32,000 nt of DNA from Massilicoli timonensis (GTDB lineage: Bacteria > Bacillota_I > Bacilli_A > Erysipelotrichales > Erysipelotrichaceae), in assembly GCF_900199515.1 (NCBI RefSeq), contig NZ_LT963434.1:1353272-1385271 (forward strand), in the 5' to 3' direction. Under the pieces are notes generated by a model that saw only the letters and a program-made list of their open reading frames with translations, searched no databases and had not been told where the DNA came from. Both the position numbers and the translations under genes were made by a program. Shown one piece after another: positions 15,595 to 25,003 of this stretch (its first letter is position 1; every line of letters begins with the position of its first letter).

Positions 15595-15906
15595 CTAATT
15601 GTCATCAGGTAAAATAAACACCTGTTCTCCGTCCTTTGTAGCCATATACTTCCCTCTGGCATAATTCTCTACAAAATTCGGATCTTGTAAGTTTTCCTTC
15701 TCTTTTTCCAGACTCTCTTTTTCTTCCTTGATCTCATTCAATGTATCTGTTGAATTTGCAATATCTTTTTTCAAGGCAAACATATTGGAAACCTCGATCG
15801 CAATCTGATAGAACAAAAATAAAGAAATCGCAAACAGACAGGAACTCATTAAGAACCTACTGCTTTTCTTTTTGCTTTTTCTTTTCTTCACGTTTTCTCT
15901 TTGCAT
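15595..15906 (-). CDS. divIC: Septum formation initiator (DivIC/FtsB family)
   Basis: 103 aa: basic N-terminus, one TM segment, a coiled coil (LNEIKEEKESLEKEKENL) and NFVENYARGKYMATKDGEQVF. Follows yabP-yabQ, as in Bacillus. Confidence 0.8.
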   Translation of the reverse strand: MQRENVKKRKSKKKSSRFLMSSCLFAISLFLFYQIAIEVSNMFALKKDIANSTDTLNEIKEEKESLEKEKENLQDPNFVENYARGKYMATKDGEQVFILPDDN

Positions 15907-16300
15907 CCTGTTTCCTCTTTTCTCGTTTTCGTTTGTGTACTTTCATTATACCAAATATTTTGCGTTTGACAAGAACAAGTAGACGACGAAGCGGAAGAAA
16001 GAGGTGATAGATCCACTCATAAAAAGGAAGTACGACTGGATAATACCAGTGATAAAACAGCCATGCACCACATAAAAACAGTCCTAGCAGATAAATATTG
16101 CAATACCCGCCGTTCAAATAAAACAAACCTCGATATAAAAGCAAAGTAAATCCAATTCCATATAGCACTTCCATGATTCCTTTCAGCCGATACAGGAACC
16201 TTCTTTCAAAAATAAAACCGACCAAAGAGAAGCCCAGCGCAAACAGCCAGCCCATTAACAAATAATAACAAAGTGTTTGTACCTGAACAGAAAGCAACAT
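15857..16300 (-). CDS. yabQ: Spore cortex biosynthesis protein YabQ
   Basis: 147-aa multi-TM protein with a Lys/Arg-rich tail. Its ATG overlaps the yabP stop (TAATG), and its 3' 50 nt overlap the annotated divIC start in another frame. Confidence 0.75.
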   Translation of the reverse strand: MLLSVQVQTLCYYLLMGWLFALGFSLVGFIFERRFLYRLKGIMEVLYGIGFTLLLYRGLFYLNGGYCNIYLLGLFLCGAWLFYHWYYPVVLPFYEWIYHLFLPLRRLLVLVKRKIFGIMKVHKRKREKRKQDAKRKREEKKKQKEKQ

Positions 16301-16602
16301 TACTTAAACAGCTTAGAGAATACAGATTCACGGGCGCCGCTCTTCTTATTGGAAATATAAGACATATTTTCAACTAGTCCACGGATACTGACATCACCGC
16401 GTTCTGTATCCAGTTTCCCAAGTGTCAGCTCTTTTCCTTCTACAACCAGCCAACCCTGTGCGGTTTCCATTAAAAACTCATTGGAATCAAAGCTGTCGAT
16501 TTGCTTTACCCCGGTGATTTCCAATATTTTGCGATCCTTTAATACGATATTGTGATACGGGTTGGTTTCAAAACGTATCGGACTGTTATTGATTTCTTCC
16601 AT
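16300..16602 (-). CDS. yabP: Sporulation protein YabP
   Basis: HNIVLKDRKILEITGVKQIDSFDSNEFLMETAQGWLVVEGKELTLGKLDTERGDVSIRG. Start at ATG 16602 after GAGGAGG; the ORF track extends to 16644. Confidence 0.85.
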   Translation of the reverse strand: MEEINNSPIRFETNPYHNIVLKDRKILEITGVKQIDSFDSNEFLMETAQGWLVVEGKELTLGKLDTERGDVSIRGLVENMSYISNKKSGARESVFSKLFK

Positions 16603-16704
16603 TAGTTTTCCTCCTCGCTTCATTGTATGAGAAGAAGAAAACAATTATTCTATCAAGGTATCTTTACGATAGGGTTTGATCCTATTTTCTTAAAATGATC
16701 AGCG

Positions 16705-16740
16705 CAAAAAAACCTGCTATGCTGTGAGAACATAACAGGC
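16705..16740 (-). terminator. Rho-independent terminator after rubrerythrin
   Basis: Minus strand CCTGTTATG-ttctcacag-CATAGCAGG followed by TTTTTTT. Confidence 0.7.
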
Positions 16741-16750
16741 TCTTTGTCAA

Positions 16751-17290
16751 TTAGTAGTTTTCTTTACGTACTTCAAAGTAAGACTGTGCATGCTTACATA
16801 CCGGGCAAACTTCCGGTGCTGTTTTTCCTGTATGTAAATGTCCGCAGTTCAGGCATTCCCAAACTGTTTCTTCTGCTTTTGCGAATACCGTACCGTCTTC
16901 CACATTGTTTAACAGCGCTAAATAGCGTTCTTCATGTGTCTTTTCGATCTTCAATACGCCTTCCATCGCTTCGGCAATTTCAACAAAGCCTTCTTCGCGT
17001 GCTTCTTTTGCCATGCGGTCATACATATCGGTCCATTCATAGTTTTCACCTGCTGCTGCGTCTTTCAGGTTTTCTGCTGTGCTAGGCACTGCACCGCCGT
17101 GCAGGTATTTGAACCACAGTTTCGCATGTTCTTTTTCATTGTTTGCAGTCTGTTCAAAGATATTGGCAATCTGCACATAACCGTCTTTCTTTGCTTTTGA
17201 AGCGTAGAAAGTGTATTTGTTGCGCGCCTGGCTTTCACCGGCAAAAGCATCCATCAAATTCTGTTCTGTTTTCGTACCTTTTAAGTTCAT
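16751..17290 (-). CDS. rbr: Rubrerythrin
   Basis: N-terminal ferritin-like di-iron domain ([19 protein letters not shown]...EKEHAKLW) plus a C-terminal rubredoxin motif (CLNCGH...CPVCKH). Confidence 0.9.
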   Translation of the reverse strand: MNLKGTKTEQNLMDAFAGESQARNKYTFYASKAKKDGYVQIANIFEQTANNEKEHAKLWFKYLHGGAVPSTAENLKDAAAGENYEWTDMYDRMAKEAREEGFVEIAEAMEGVLKIEKTHEERYLALLNNVEDGTVFAKAEETVWECLNCGHLHTGKTAPEVCPVCKHAQSYFEVRKENY

Positions 17291-17328
17291 TTTATCTACC
17301 TCTTTCTGTCCTAATGTTCTCGTTATTG

Positions 17329-17378
17329 AGAATGATTCTTGACAATGATATTATAGCACTGCTTATCATCGGATACAA
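17329..17378 (-). promoter_or_regulatory. rubrerythrin promoter (TTGTAT-17-TATAAT, TGn-extended) with downstream palindrome AGAATcATTCT
   Basis: -35 at 17373-17378 and -10 at 17350-17355, read on the minus strand. The 5-1-5 inverted repeat at 17329-17339 sits just after the predicted transcription start, a Fur/PerR-family-like operator position. Confidence 0.45.
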
Positions 17379-17410
17379 GCATCTGGCTATCTTTTCTGCT
17401 TTTATTTCGC

Positions 17411-17683
17411 TTAAGCGACTTCATTCTGTTCGATCCGCCGTTCTTCTATGATCTCAAATAATTCGGCAGCCGCACTTTTATTCACTTGCTTTTCAATAGC
17501 ACGTACGCGCACACGCAGTTCCCGGTTGCCAAACAGGATCTGAATTTCATCACCGACCTTGATCTCGGTACTGGGTTTGACAATTCGTCCATTCACATAT
17601 ACGCGCTGTGAGTCCGCCAGTTCTTTTGACACACTTCTTCTTTTTAAGATGCGTGCAACCTTCAAATATTTATCCAATCTCAT
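17411..17683 (-). CDS. yabO: S4-domain RNA-binding protein (YabO/Hsp15-like)
   Basis: MRLDKYLKVARILKRRSVSKELADSQRVYVNGRIVKPSTEIKVGDEI; positioned after spoVT as in Bacillus. Confidence 0.8.
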   Translation of the reverse strand: MRLDKYLKVARILKRRSVSKELADSQRVYVNGRIVKPSTEIKVGDEIQILFGNRELRVRVRAIEKQVNKSAAAELFEIIEERRIEQNEVA

Positions 17684-17704
17684 ATTTTCTTCTCCTTCTT
17701 ATTC

Positions 17705-18199
17705 TTATCCACCCTGCTTTTTCAATAACAACTGTGTAAACGCCTTGAGCGCATCAAGCTGTAAATCACTTTCCTTACCGCTTTTACATACCATCACAAA
17801 AGCACCCATCCACTCTCCATAATCAGAAATAGGACAGATTACCCCGCTGTATCGCTCATTTTCCTGATAAATGGGATAATCCTGGAACATCGTCATGCGA
17901 TGTACGCTTTGACACTTGGAAATAAACTCACTTCGTACTTCCCGCATATAATGCTTCAAATATTCTTCCTGCACGAAAAAAGTTTCATTTCCGCTCATCT
18001 GCGCCAGTGTTTCACACATCAGTTTAATCTCTTTCAGATATTGAGAAAGCGGCTCGAATTTTTGAATCATGATCTGATTATCTACGATATAAAATTCGAT
18101 AGAATCTCCTTCCTTCATCTGAAATCGTTTCCGGATCTCTTTGGGGATCACCAGTCTGCCCAACTCATCTAGTCTTCTAACCACACCTGTTGCTTTCAA
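17705..18199 (-). CDS. spoVT: Stage V sporulation regulator SpoVT (AbrB-type N-terminal domain + GAF-like C-terminal domain)
   Basis: KATGVVRRLDELGRLVIPKEIRKRFQMKEGDSIEFY matches the SpoVT/AbrB swapped-hairpin domain. I place the start at TTG 18199, 8 nt after AAGGAG; the ORF track extends to 18256. It lies next to mfd. Confidence 0.75.
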   Translation of the reverse strand: MKATGVVRRLDELGRLVIPKEIRKRFQMKEGDSIEFYIVDNQIMIQKFEPLSQYLKEIKLMCETLAQMSGNETFFVQEEYLKHYMREVRSEFISKCQSVHRMTMFQDYPIYQENERYSGVICPISDYGEWMGAFVMVCKSGKESDLQLDALKAFTQLLLKKQGG

Positions 18200-18259
18200 A
18201 TCAAACACTCCTTTTTTCAAGAATAGTATTGACTGATTTGAAAACTTCATACGCACGAC

Positions 18260-21200
18260 TTACTGCTTTTCACAGGCTTCTAGTATTTCGATCACGACCG
18301 ATAGCCATTCTTTTGTCTTTGTAAGATTCATCTTGATACGCTTTTCTGCATAGCGGATCTTAATGTCTCTTGAAATCGTCGTCATTCTTTCAAATAAAGC
18401 AACGCCGTCTACCTGTGCGCTCCATGCTTCATCAAATTCCAGCAGAATATTACGCTCGTTTTCCTGGAAACGGAATACGTGCGGTTCGTTGATCAAAATC
18501 TCCAATCGCTTTTTCTCAAACAATAATTGTACGGATTTCGGCAATCGTCCGTAATTGTCTTTGATTTCCTCCTGCATAGCCAACAGATCCGCTTTTGTTT
18601 TTAACGTGTCCATTCGCTGATACAGCGTAATCTTTTCCATATCTTCCGGGGCAAACTGCTGTGGGATATAAGCGTCCAGCTTCGCATTTGCCTTTTTGAT
18701 TTGCGGCGGTTCTTCCTTAATGATGCCTTTTTGTTCCTGTATTGCTTCATTCAACATTTCAATATACATATCAATCCCGACGGTGTCGATGAAACCTGCC
18801 TGTTTTGCGCCCAGCATATCTCCGGCGCCGCGAATGGTCAAATCACGCATTGCCACCTTATAGCCGCTTCCCAGCTGGGTAAATTCCTTGATCGATTTTA
18901 ATCGTTTCATCGCAATCTCCGACATCTGCTTCTGCGGACTGTACATCAAATATGCGTAGGCAAGCCGATCGCTCCTGCCGACCCTGCCTTTGATCTGATA
19001 AAGCTGAGATAAGCCGAAACGATCTGCCTGGTCGATGATGATCGTATTGGCATTGGGAATGTCGATACCGGTTTCGATGATCGTCGTGCATACTAATATT
19101 TGATAGGCATTGTCGATGAAGCGCATCATCACATCCTCGATCTCTTCCCTTTGCATCTGCCCATGCGCAACACCGATCGTCGTGTCCGGCATCAGTTCTT
19201 TTAACTTTGCGGCAACCTGGTAGATTTCTTTGACATTGTTGTATAAATAAAATACTTGTCCCTCTCTTACCAATTCTCGTTCAATGACCTCTTTGATGAC
19301 ATGCATATTCTTTTCAATCACATAGGTCTGTACCGGCATACGGTTCTGCGGCGGTGTATCAAGCTGTGACAGTGCACGGATACCGATCAAAGACATTTGT
19401 AATGTACGCGGAATCGGCGTTGCACTCAGGGACAGCACATCAATGCTGTTTTTTAATTCTTTTATTTTCTCTTTGTGTTCAACACCGAAGCGCTGTTCTT
19501 CATCAATGACCAGTAAACCGAGATCGTGGAAACTGACATCTTTCGACAAGATTCGATGTGTACCGATCAAAATATCGATTTTTCCTGCTTTTACATCTTG
19601 TATGATCTTTTTTTGTAAAGACGGTTCTACATAGCGATTCAGCACGGCAATCTGTACCGGATAGTTTTCAAAGCGTTTACGAAAGGTGTGGTAGTGCTGC
19701 TGCGAAAGAATGGTAGTCGGACAAAGGAAAGCAACCTGCTTTTCGTCAATGACTGCTTTGAATGCGGCACGAATCGCCACTTCTGTCTTACCGAAACCGA
19801 CATCTCCGCATAATAAGCGATCCATCGGTTTATCTAATTCCATATCTGCTTTAATTTCTTTTACCGCTTTTTCTTGATCTGCCGTTAATTCATATGGGAA
19901 ATCTTCTTCAAACTGTCTTTGAAAAACACTGTCTTTGGAAAAGGCATGACCGATATGTTCTTCTCTGACGGCATATAAGTGAATCAATCGTTCTGCCAGT
20001 TCCTTGATGTTTTCGCTGATCCGTTTTTTTGTCTTTTCCCAATCACCGCTGCCCAGTTTATTGAGCTTAGGCCGTGCTCCTTCCTTCGATACAAATTTAC
20101 GGACAAGCTTAAACTGTTCCAAAGGTACAAACAGTTCATCGTTTCCTTTATAGATGATGTGTAGGAAATCTTTATGGACACCATCGTTTTCTCTCGTTAC
20201 GATTCCCATATACTGACCGATTCCATGCTGATTATGCACGATGTAGTCTCCGATTTCCAGTTCCATATAGTTATGTAAAACTTCTGCTTCTTTGAATTTG
20301 TTATGGTATCTTCCCAGTTTCACTTTTTCGTGGAACAGTTCTTTGTCACTGTAACAAACGATCTGTTCTTCTGCTAGGGAAAAGCCTTCGCCAAAGATTC
20401 CCGGATAGAAAGAGATACCGGATGTAAAAGGTGATTCCTCATCTATTTCCTGATAAGGGGTCAAATGCTCATTCAAATATTGTTTGATCTGTTCTTTATG
20501 TTTTTCATTAACGGATAAGAGCACAGTTTGTTTTTTTGCGGTTAAACTGATTTCCTCCATGATCTTTTCAAAGATCAGATCCGGTGGTGTCACGCTCACA
20601 ATACCGCTGCTGTTCGGATCTTTGAAATTCAAAAATAAACCGAAGGTAATGACTTCCCGCTGTGCGATGATCGTATGGAGATCATGGAAATGGGTAAATG
20701 TCGCCAGCGCTTGTTTTTCTTCCGCAAGCTCTTGCAGATAAGCGATCGTTTCTTCCTGAATTCTTTTTTCCGCATCCTTTACTTCTTCTTCACTGGATAA
20801 GATGACAAGCGCGCGCGGATCGTAGTCAAATAGCGAAGCATTCGTTTTTTTATAGGTAAAATAGCGGTAGATAAAGGGTTCATCCATATGATTGGCAATC
20901 TGATCGAGATCATCATTGATGCGCTCTTCCAGTGAACTGTCTTTTTCTTTTGTCATCTGCTTTTGTAATTGATGATTCACCTTTTCAACGATCTGCGCGA
21001 TCTCTTCTTCATCCAGCAGCAGTGTCGTTGCCGGAATGATGGTTACCGCTTGCAGCAGCTGTTTCGTACGCTGGGTATGAATATCAAAATAACGAATCGT
21101 ATCAATTTCATTATCGAAAAATTCAATACGGATCGGATCTTCGTGGTTAATGGAAAACACATCGATGATGCCGCCGCGGCTGGCATAACAAAGCGGCTGA

Positions 21201-21703
21201 TCCACTCGGGATACCGGCTGGTATCCTGCTTCAAACAGCAGCTGCTTCATTTGATCATAGTCCAAGCACATGCCTGTTTCTATGTGCAGACAATGGGATC
21301 GAAAACTCTCTGGATCAGGTAAATAGCGCATACATGCCCCGGTATGCGTAATGATGATCTTCGCGCTTGGATCAAGGATCCGATTTAATGTCTCTACCTG
21401 TGCTGCTTTCATTTCCGGTGATGCCGCAATCGCTTCTACCCGCAGTGATTCTTCCATGGCAAAAAGCAGCACCTGTTCCTTTAGGAGGGGGCGTAAACGC
21501 TCATAAAGTTTCTGTGCTGAATATAAGTTTTGTTTTACGATGAAATACGATCGTGGTTTTTGTTGAAAGGCCGCAGCGAGCAGCAATGCTTCTTCTTGCA
21601 GTCCGAGATTGCCTAAGCAGTTCTTTTTTTGAAGAATGGCATTTACAGCAGGATCATGCGCAAGTAATTTCAGCAGTTGATTCATACGCTGCCTACTTTC
21701 CAT
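18260..21703 (-). CDS. mfd: Transcription-repair coupling factor Mfd
   Basis: 1147 aa with helicase motifs (LLCGDVGFGKTEVA, DEEQRFGV, SATPIPRT) and a CarD-like domain (GDYIVHNQHGIGQY). The start could instead be ATG 21685. Confidence 0.95.
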   Translation of the reverse strand: MESRQRMNQLLKLLAHDPAVNAILQKKNCLGNLGLQEEALLLAAAFQQKPRSYFIVKQNLYSAQKLYERLRPLLKEQVLLFAMEESLRVEAIAASPEMKAAQVETLNRILDPSAKIIITHTGACMRYLPDPESFRSHCLHIETGMCLDYDQMKQLLFEAGYQPVSRVDQPLCYASRGGIIDVFSINHEDPIRIEFFDNEIDTIRYFDIHTQRTKQLLQAVTIIPATTLLLDEEEIAQIVEKVNHQLQKQMTKEKDSSLEERINDDLDQIANHMDEPFIYRYFTYKKTNASLFDYDPRALVILSSEEEVKDAEKRIQEETIAYLQELAEEKQALATFTHFHDLHTIIAQREVITFGLFLNFKDPNSSGIVSVTPPDLIFEKIMEEISLTAKKQTVLLSVNEKHKEQIKQYLNEHLTPYQEIDEESPFTSGISFYPGIFGEGFSLAEEQIVCYSDKELFHEKVKLGRYHNKFKEAEVLHNYMELEIGDYIVHNQHGIGQYMGIVTRENDGVHKDFLHIIYKGNDELFVPLEQFKLVRKFVSKEGARPKLNKLGSGDWEKTKKRISENIKELAERLIHLYAVREEHIGHAFSKDSVFQRQFEEDFPYELTADQEKAVKEIKADMELDKPMDRLLCGDVGFGKTEVAIRAAFKAVIDEKQVAFLCPTTILSQQHYHTFRKRFENYPVQIAVLNRYVEPSLQKKIIQDVKAGKIDILIGTHRILSKDVSFHDLGLLVIDEEQRFGVEHKEKIKELKNSIDVLSLSATPIPRTLQMSLIGIRALSQLDTPPQNRMPVQTYVIEKNMHVIKEVIERELVREGQVFYLYNNVKEIYQVAAKLKELMPDTTIGVAHGQMQREEIEDVMMRFIDNAYQILVCTTIIETGIDIPNANTIIIDQADRFGLSQLYQIKGRVGRSDRLAYAYLMYSPQKQMSEIAMKRLKSIKEFTQLGSGYKVAMRDLTIRGAGDMLGAKQAGFIDTVGIDMYIEMLNEAIQEQKGIIKEEPPQIKKANAKLDAYIPQQFAPEDMEKITLYQRMDTLKTKADLLAMQEEIKDNYGRLPKSVQLLFEKKRLEILINEPHVFRFQENERNILLEFDEAWSAQVDGVALFERMTTISRDIKIRYAEKRIKMNLTKTKEWLSVVIEILEACEKQ

Positions 21704-22253
21704 TATAACGGCTCATCACTTCATTAAATGGCCTTTTGATGCTTTCAATAGCCGCTTGTTTTGCCTGTTCTATGGCTAGATGGTGCGCCTCTGCTTCTTC
21801 CTTGCGGAATTTTCCCAATACATAATCAACGACCGGAATATTAGCATCTTTCCCAATACCGACACGAATACGGTTAAACTCCTGACTATGCAGGTGTGCA
21901 ATGATATTTTTCATGCCGTTTTGTCCGCCGGCGCTTCCTTTTTCCCGCAGCCTGATCTTGCCGACCGGCAAATCCAGATCATCATAAATGATTAAAATAT
22001 CTTCTAGGTCCAAATGGTAGAAATCCACTGCCGCACGCACTGCTTCTCCGGAAAGATTCATGAAAGTCTGTGGTTTCATGAGCATTACACTTTCATTTTG
22101 TACGATGCCTTTTCCGATCAAAGCTTTATGTTTTTTCTGATTGACAGTAATATTTAATGCTTTGGCAATTTCATCTATCACCATAAATCCGGTATTGTGA
22201 CGCGTAGCTTCGTATTCTTTTCCCGGATTTCCTAAACCGACGATCAGTTTCAT
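21693..22253 (-). CDS. pth: Peptidyl-tRNA hydrolase
   Basis: MKLIVGLGNPGKEYEATRHNTGF...GGQNGMKNI. Confidence 0.95.
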   Translation of the reverse strand: MKLIVGLGNPGKEYEATRHNTGFMVIDEIAKALNITVNQKKHKALIGKGIVQNESVMLMKPQTFMNLSGEAVRAAVDFYHLDLEDILIIYDDLDLPVGKIRLREKGSAGGQNGMKNIIAHLHSQEFNRIRVGIGKDANIPVVDYVLGKFRKEEAEAHHLAIEQAKQAAIESIKRPFNEVMSRYNGK

Positions 22254-22308
22254 ATCTTATCTCCTCCTTTTGAACATGCTAGTTTATCTATTCCCCAAAA
22301 CTGACTGT

Positions 22309-23088
22309 TTAATATAAATTTTTCAAACGCTTCAAATAACTGTATGGACGATATCTTGAGAAAACAACTTTTTTATTGCTCATACGGCAGGTTACTTTCT
22401 TTATTCCTTCCAACGAAGCATGTAAATGGTCATAACATAAGGTTGCTTCATCAAAGGTATGAGAACGGAAAGCAACCGTTCGAGTGTCTGTCATGATATA
22501 TGGCACATTTAAGGAACGATGCAGACTGTTTTGAATACCGGTAATCTCACACAACTGCATGATCGACAATCCACTGTCGATGACAGCACCCCGCAAAGAG
22601 CGGTTATATGCGGTTGAACCTGCCTGTGTACTTAAACAAACCCCGCTTCCGCGACATATTTCAAATGGTTCTTCATCTATGGAAATTTCCAATATCTGCG
22701 TGCGTATGACATTTTCAATGCGCATCTCATTTAACGCATAGTAGCGTTTTACTTCTTTTCCATAAGCGGTGATCTCCAACAGTTTGCTTTCATAAACTTC
22801 CGGTTCTGTGGTCAAGATCGCCTGTATGACCTCTTCTAATTCGTTTTGGGTGTAATCGGTCAAAAAGCCAAGTGTTCCTGTATGGACACCGAGAAACTGA
22901 ACATCTTGCAACTGATCCATATACTGATGTACCGCCTGCAAGATCGTACCATCTCCGCCAACGCAGATTACCAGCTCCGCTTTTTCTAAATCAAAGGTCC
23001 AGCCGCCTTCACAAAGCGCCGTTTTTATTTTGGCAGCGATATGATGTGAATGATCATCCTGTTTGACTACAAGTGCAAATTTATTCAT
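22309..23088 (-). CDS. nadK: NAD kinase
   Basis: GGDGT motif (VICVGGDGTILQAV), 259 aa. Confidence 0.9.
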   Translation of the reverse strand: MNKFALVVKQDDHSHHIAAKIKTALCEGGWTFDLEKAELVICVGGDGTILQAVHQYMDQLQDVQFLGVHTGTLGFLTDYTQNELEEVIQAILTTEPEVYESKLLEITAYGKEVKRYYALNEMRIENVIRTQILEISIDEEPFEICRGSGVCLSTQAGSTAYNRSLRGAVIDSGLSIMQLCEITGIQNSLHRSLNVPYIMTDTRTVAFRSHTFDEATLCYDHLHASLEGIKKVTCRMSNKKVVFSRYRPYSYLKRLKNLY

Positions 23089-23143
23089 GATCCACTTCCT
23101 TTTCTTCCTTACTTATTGTATCATAATTCCTAGGTGAGCGCAG

Positions 23144-23701
23144 ATGAACTTCAATATTGAAAAAGAATATAAATGCTTAGTCAGTAAAGAGCAGTTTGAA
23201 ACTTTATTAAAATACTACCCCGGGGTGTCTTTCCAAACTCAGACCAACACCTATTTTGATACAGCGGATCTTGCGGTCAAGCAGTTAAAGGGCGCAATGC
23301 GGATTCGGGAAGTGAAACAGCAATTTCTGTTTACCTTAAAGCTTCCCGGTAAAGCAGGATTACAGGAATTTGAATGTTTTGTTCCTAATGATCAGATAAC
23401 GACGCTTGAAAATCATGAGGAGATTGTCGAGCTGTTGAGCAGTCATGGCATTCACGGTCCGTTTCAAATGCTGTGTCAGCTTACGACCAAGCGCGGGATC
23501 GTACATCTTCCAAATGCAGAGTTATGTTTTGACATCAATTATTACGGTGATCAGTGTGATTATGAAATTGAATATGAATGGACGAAAGCACACGATGGAT
23601 TGACGCAGTTCAACCAGATATTAGCACCGATCCACCTTTCCTATGAGAAAAACTGTGACTCTAAGATCAAACGGGCGATGGATGCATTATGCAAGGATTG
23701 A
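23144..23701 (+). CDS. CYTH domain protein (YjbK-like triphosphatase family)
   Basis: N-terminal EKEYK (ExExK) motif, 185 aa; divergent from nadK as in Bacillus. Confidence 0.75.
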   Translation: MNFNIEKEYKCLVSKEQFETLLKYYPGVSFQTQTNTYFDTADLAVKQLKGAMRIREVKQQFLFTLKLPGKAGLQEFECFVPNDQITTLENHEEIVELLSSHGIHGPFQMLCQLTTKRGIVHLPNAELCFDINYYGDQCDYEIEYEWTKAHDGLTQFNQILAPIHLSYEKNCDSKIKRAMDALCKD

Positions 23702-23958
23702 TCCTTTATTATCTCATTATAAACAGCATGGCTTTCTTGTTTATGGGACTTGATAAACAACATGCCCGCCATGGCAAATGGCGCTATCGTGAGTCTTCTT
23801 TGTTGGGATGTGCTGTTTGCGGCGGTGCGTTTGGTGCTTGGATCGGCATGTATTTATTTCATCATAAGACGAAGAAAAGGAAATTCACTTTCCTTCTTCC
23901 TTGTTTTATCCTGTTTCACTGTTTCCTGTTTTTCGTCTTATCTAAGGCTGTTTCATAA
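23689..23958 (+). CDS. DUF1294 membrane protein
   Basis: GLDKQHARHGKWRYRESSLLGCAVCGGAFGAWIGMYLFHHKTKKRKF is the DUF1294 signature. Confidence 0.8.
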   Translation: MQGLILYYLIINSMAFLFMGLDKQHARHGKWRYRESSLLGCAVCGGAFGAWIGMYLFHHKTKKRKFTFLLPCFILFHCFLFFVLSKAVS

Positions 23959-24871
23959 TAACCGTTTGGATCTTTAATGCTTCAAGGAACGATTGCAGTT
24001 CCTTTTTTAGTGGTTTCTCGCTGATAAAAAACAAAGTGTTCAAACGATCTGGAAAATTTTGATCGACTTCATGCAAGAGCCATAATGCCTGTGCAATCAT
24101 CGCCTTACAAAGATTGAGATCGTTTGGCAGAAGCGGCATACAAATATCGGTTTTATTTTTATGAAAATGAAGCAGACAGGTTTTACTGATCAGATCGCTT
24201 GTCCCTTCTATGTTTTTTTGATACATCCTTATCAGTTTTGCGGCGTTTTGCAATTCTTTTCCGGTATAGGTCAGCTCGTGTATTTTTTCCAGTGTTGAAG
24301 ATACGACGCTGCTATAAGCGTCATATTGAAAGCGCATGCTGTCTTTTTCATGATACATACTGCTCCATGCGTCAATGCCGATCTTTTCAGCTTCCGCCAA
24401 GATACGAGAAGTGATATTGGTATGGCTGCGATCTAAATAGATATAACTTTCTAACTGATTGGATATTTTGATACCGATGTCACTTAAATAGAGCGGTGAT
24501 TGGAAAAAGACGACCTGCTTTAATTCAAGACAGTTTAGAATTTCTGGCATTTTCTTTGTTTTACTGACTTTTACGATTGCTTCATATAGTGTTTTTTTGC
24601 TTGGATATCCATTTAGCGTTTTATACTTTCTCCACATCTGTTCAAATTTCATCTGTGTGGATTTATGATAAATACCGTATCCGACAATTCCTTTTTCTCT
24701 TTTTCTGCCTCTTTCTGTTCCTTTTGCCAAAAAGAATAGAAAATCTCCTTCATGAAAATCCGCAAATTTTTTGGTTGAAGAGGAAGGTCGCCAAAAATTG
24801 ATCTCGCTATTGCCGTTTAAGCGATGAAATTCAATCATTTGTTGATCGGTTACATAAGCGATCGATGCCAT
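23942..24871 (-). CDS. Hypothetical protein: N-terminal PUA-like/'HNH-nuclease-associated' sensor-type domain + unknown ~160-aa C-terminal domain
   Basis: 309 aa. Residues 1-~150 read AYVTDQQMIEFHRLNGNSEINFWRPSSSTKKFADFHEGDFLFFLAKG...KGIVGYGIY...MWRKY...NCLELKQVVFF. This matches my recollection of the N-terminal module of COG3440-like HNH endonucleases (VTD..W..F....EVNFW.PS....F..L..GE.F.FK....IVG.G.F). There are no HNH, PD-(D/E)xK, Walker or other catalytic motifs in the C-terminal half. TTGACA/TAAAAT promoter at ~24939-24965. Confidence 0.6.
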   Translation of the reverse strand: MASIAYVTDQQMIEFHRLNGNSEINFWRPSSSTKKFADFHEGDFLFFLAKGTERGRKREKGIVGYGIYHKSTQMKFEQMWRKYKTLNGYPSKKTLYEAIVKVSKTKKMPEILNCLELKQVVFFQSPLYLSDIGIKISNQLESYIYLDRSHTNITSRILAEAEKIGIDAWSSMYHEKDSMRFQYDAYSSVVSSTLEKIHELTYTGKELQNAAKLIRMYQKNIEGTSDLISKTCLLHFHKNKTDICMPLLPNDLNLCKAMIAQALWLLHEVDQNFPDRLNTLFFISEKPLKKELQSFLEALKIQTVIMKQP

Positions 24872-25003
24872 ATCATCACTTCCTTTCCATCTTTCCCTGT
24901 AAAGAAAACAAGGTGCTCTGTTTGTTCTTTCTATTTTTATTTTAGCACATCTATCACACTGTCAACAAACAAAAAAAGGCAATCAGCCTCTTTTTCCAAT
25001 TCA

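Noticed and set aside
15338-15598. 86-aa plus-strand ORF in the hxlR-divIC gap
   Set aside because: It has no RBS and low-complexity content with no recognisable similarity. It runs antisense to the hipBA relic and into the divIC terminator.
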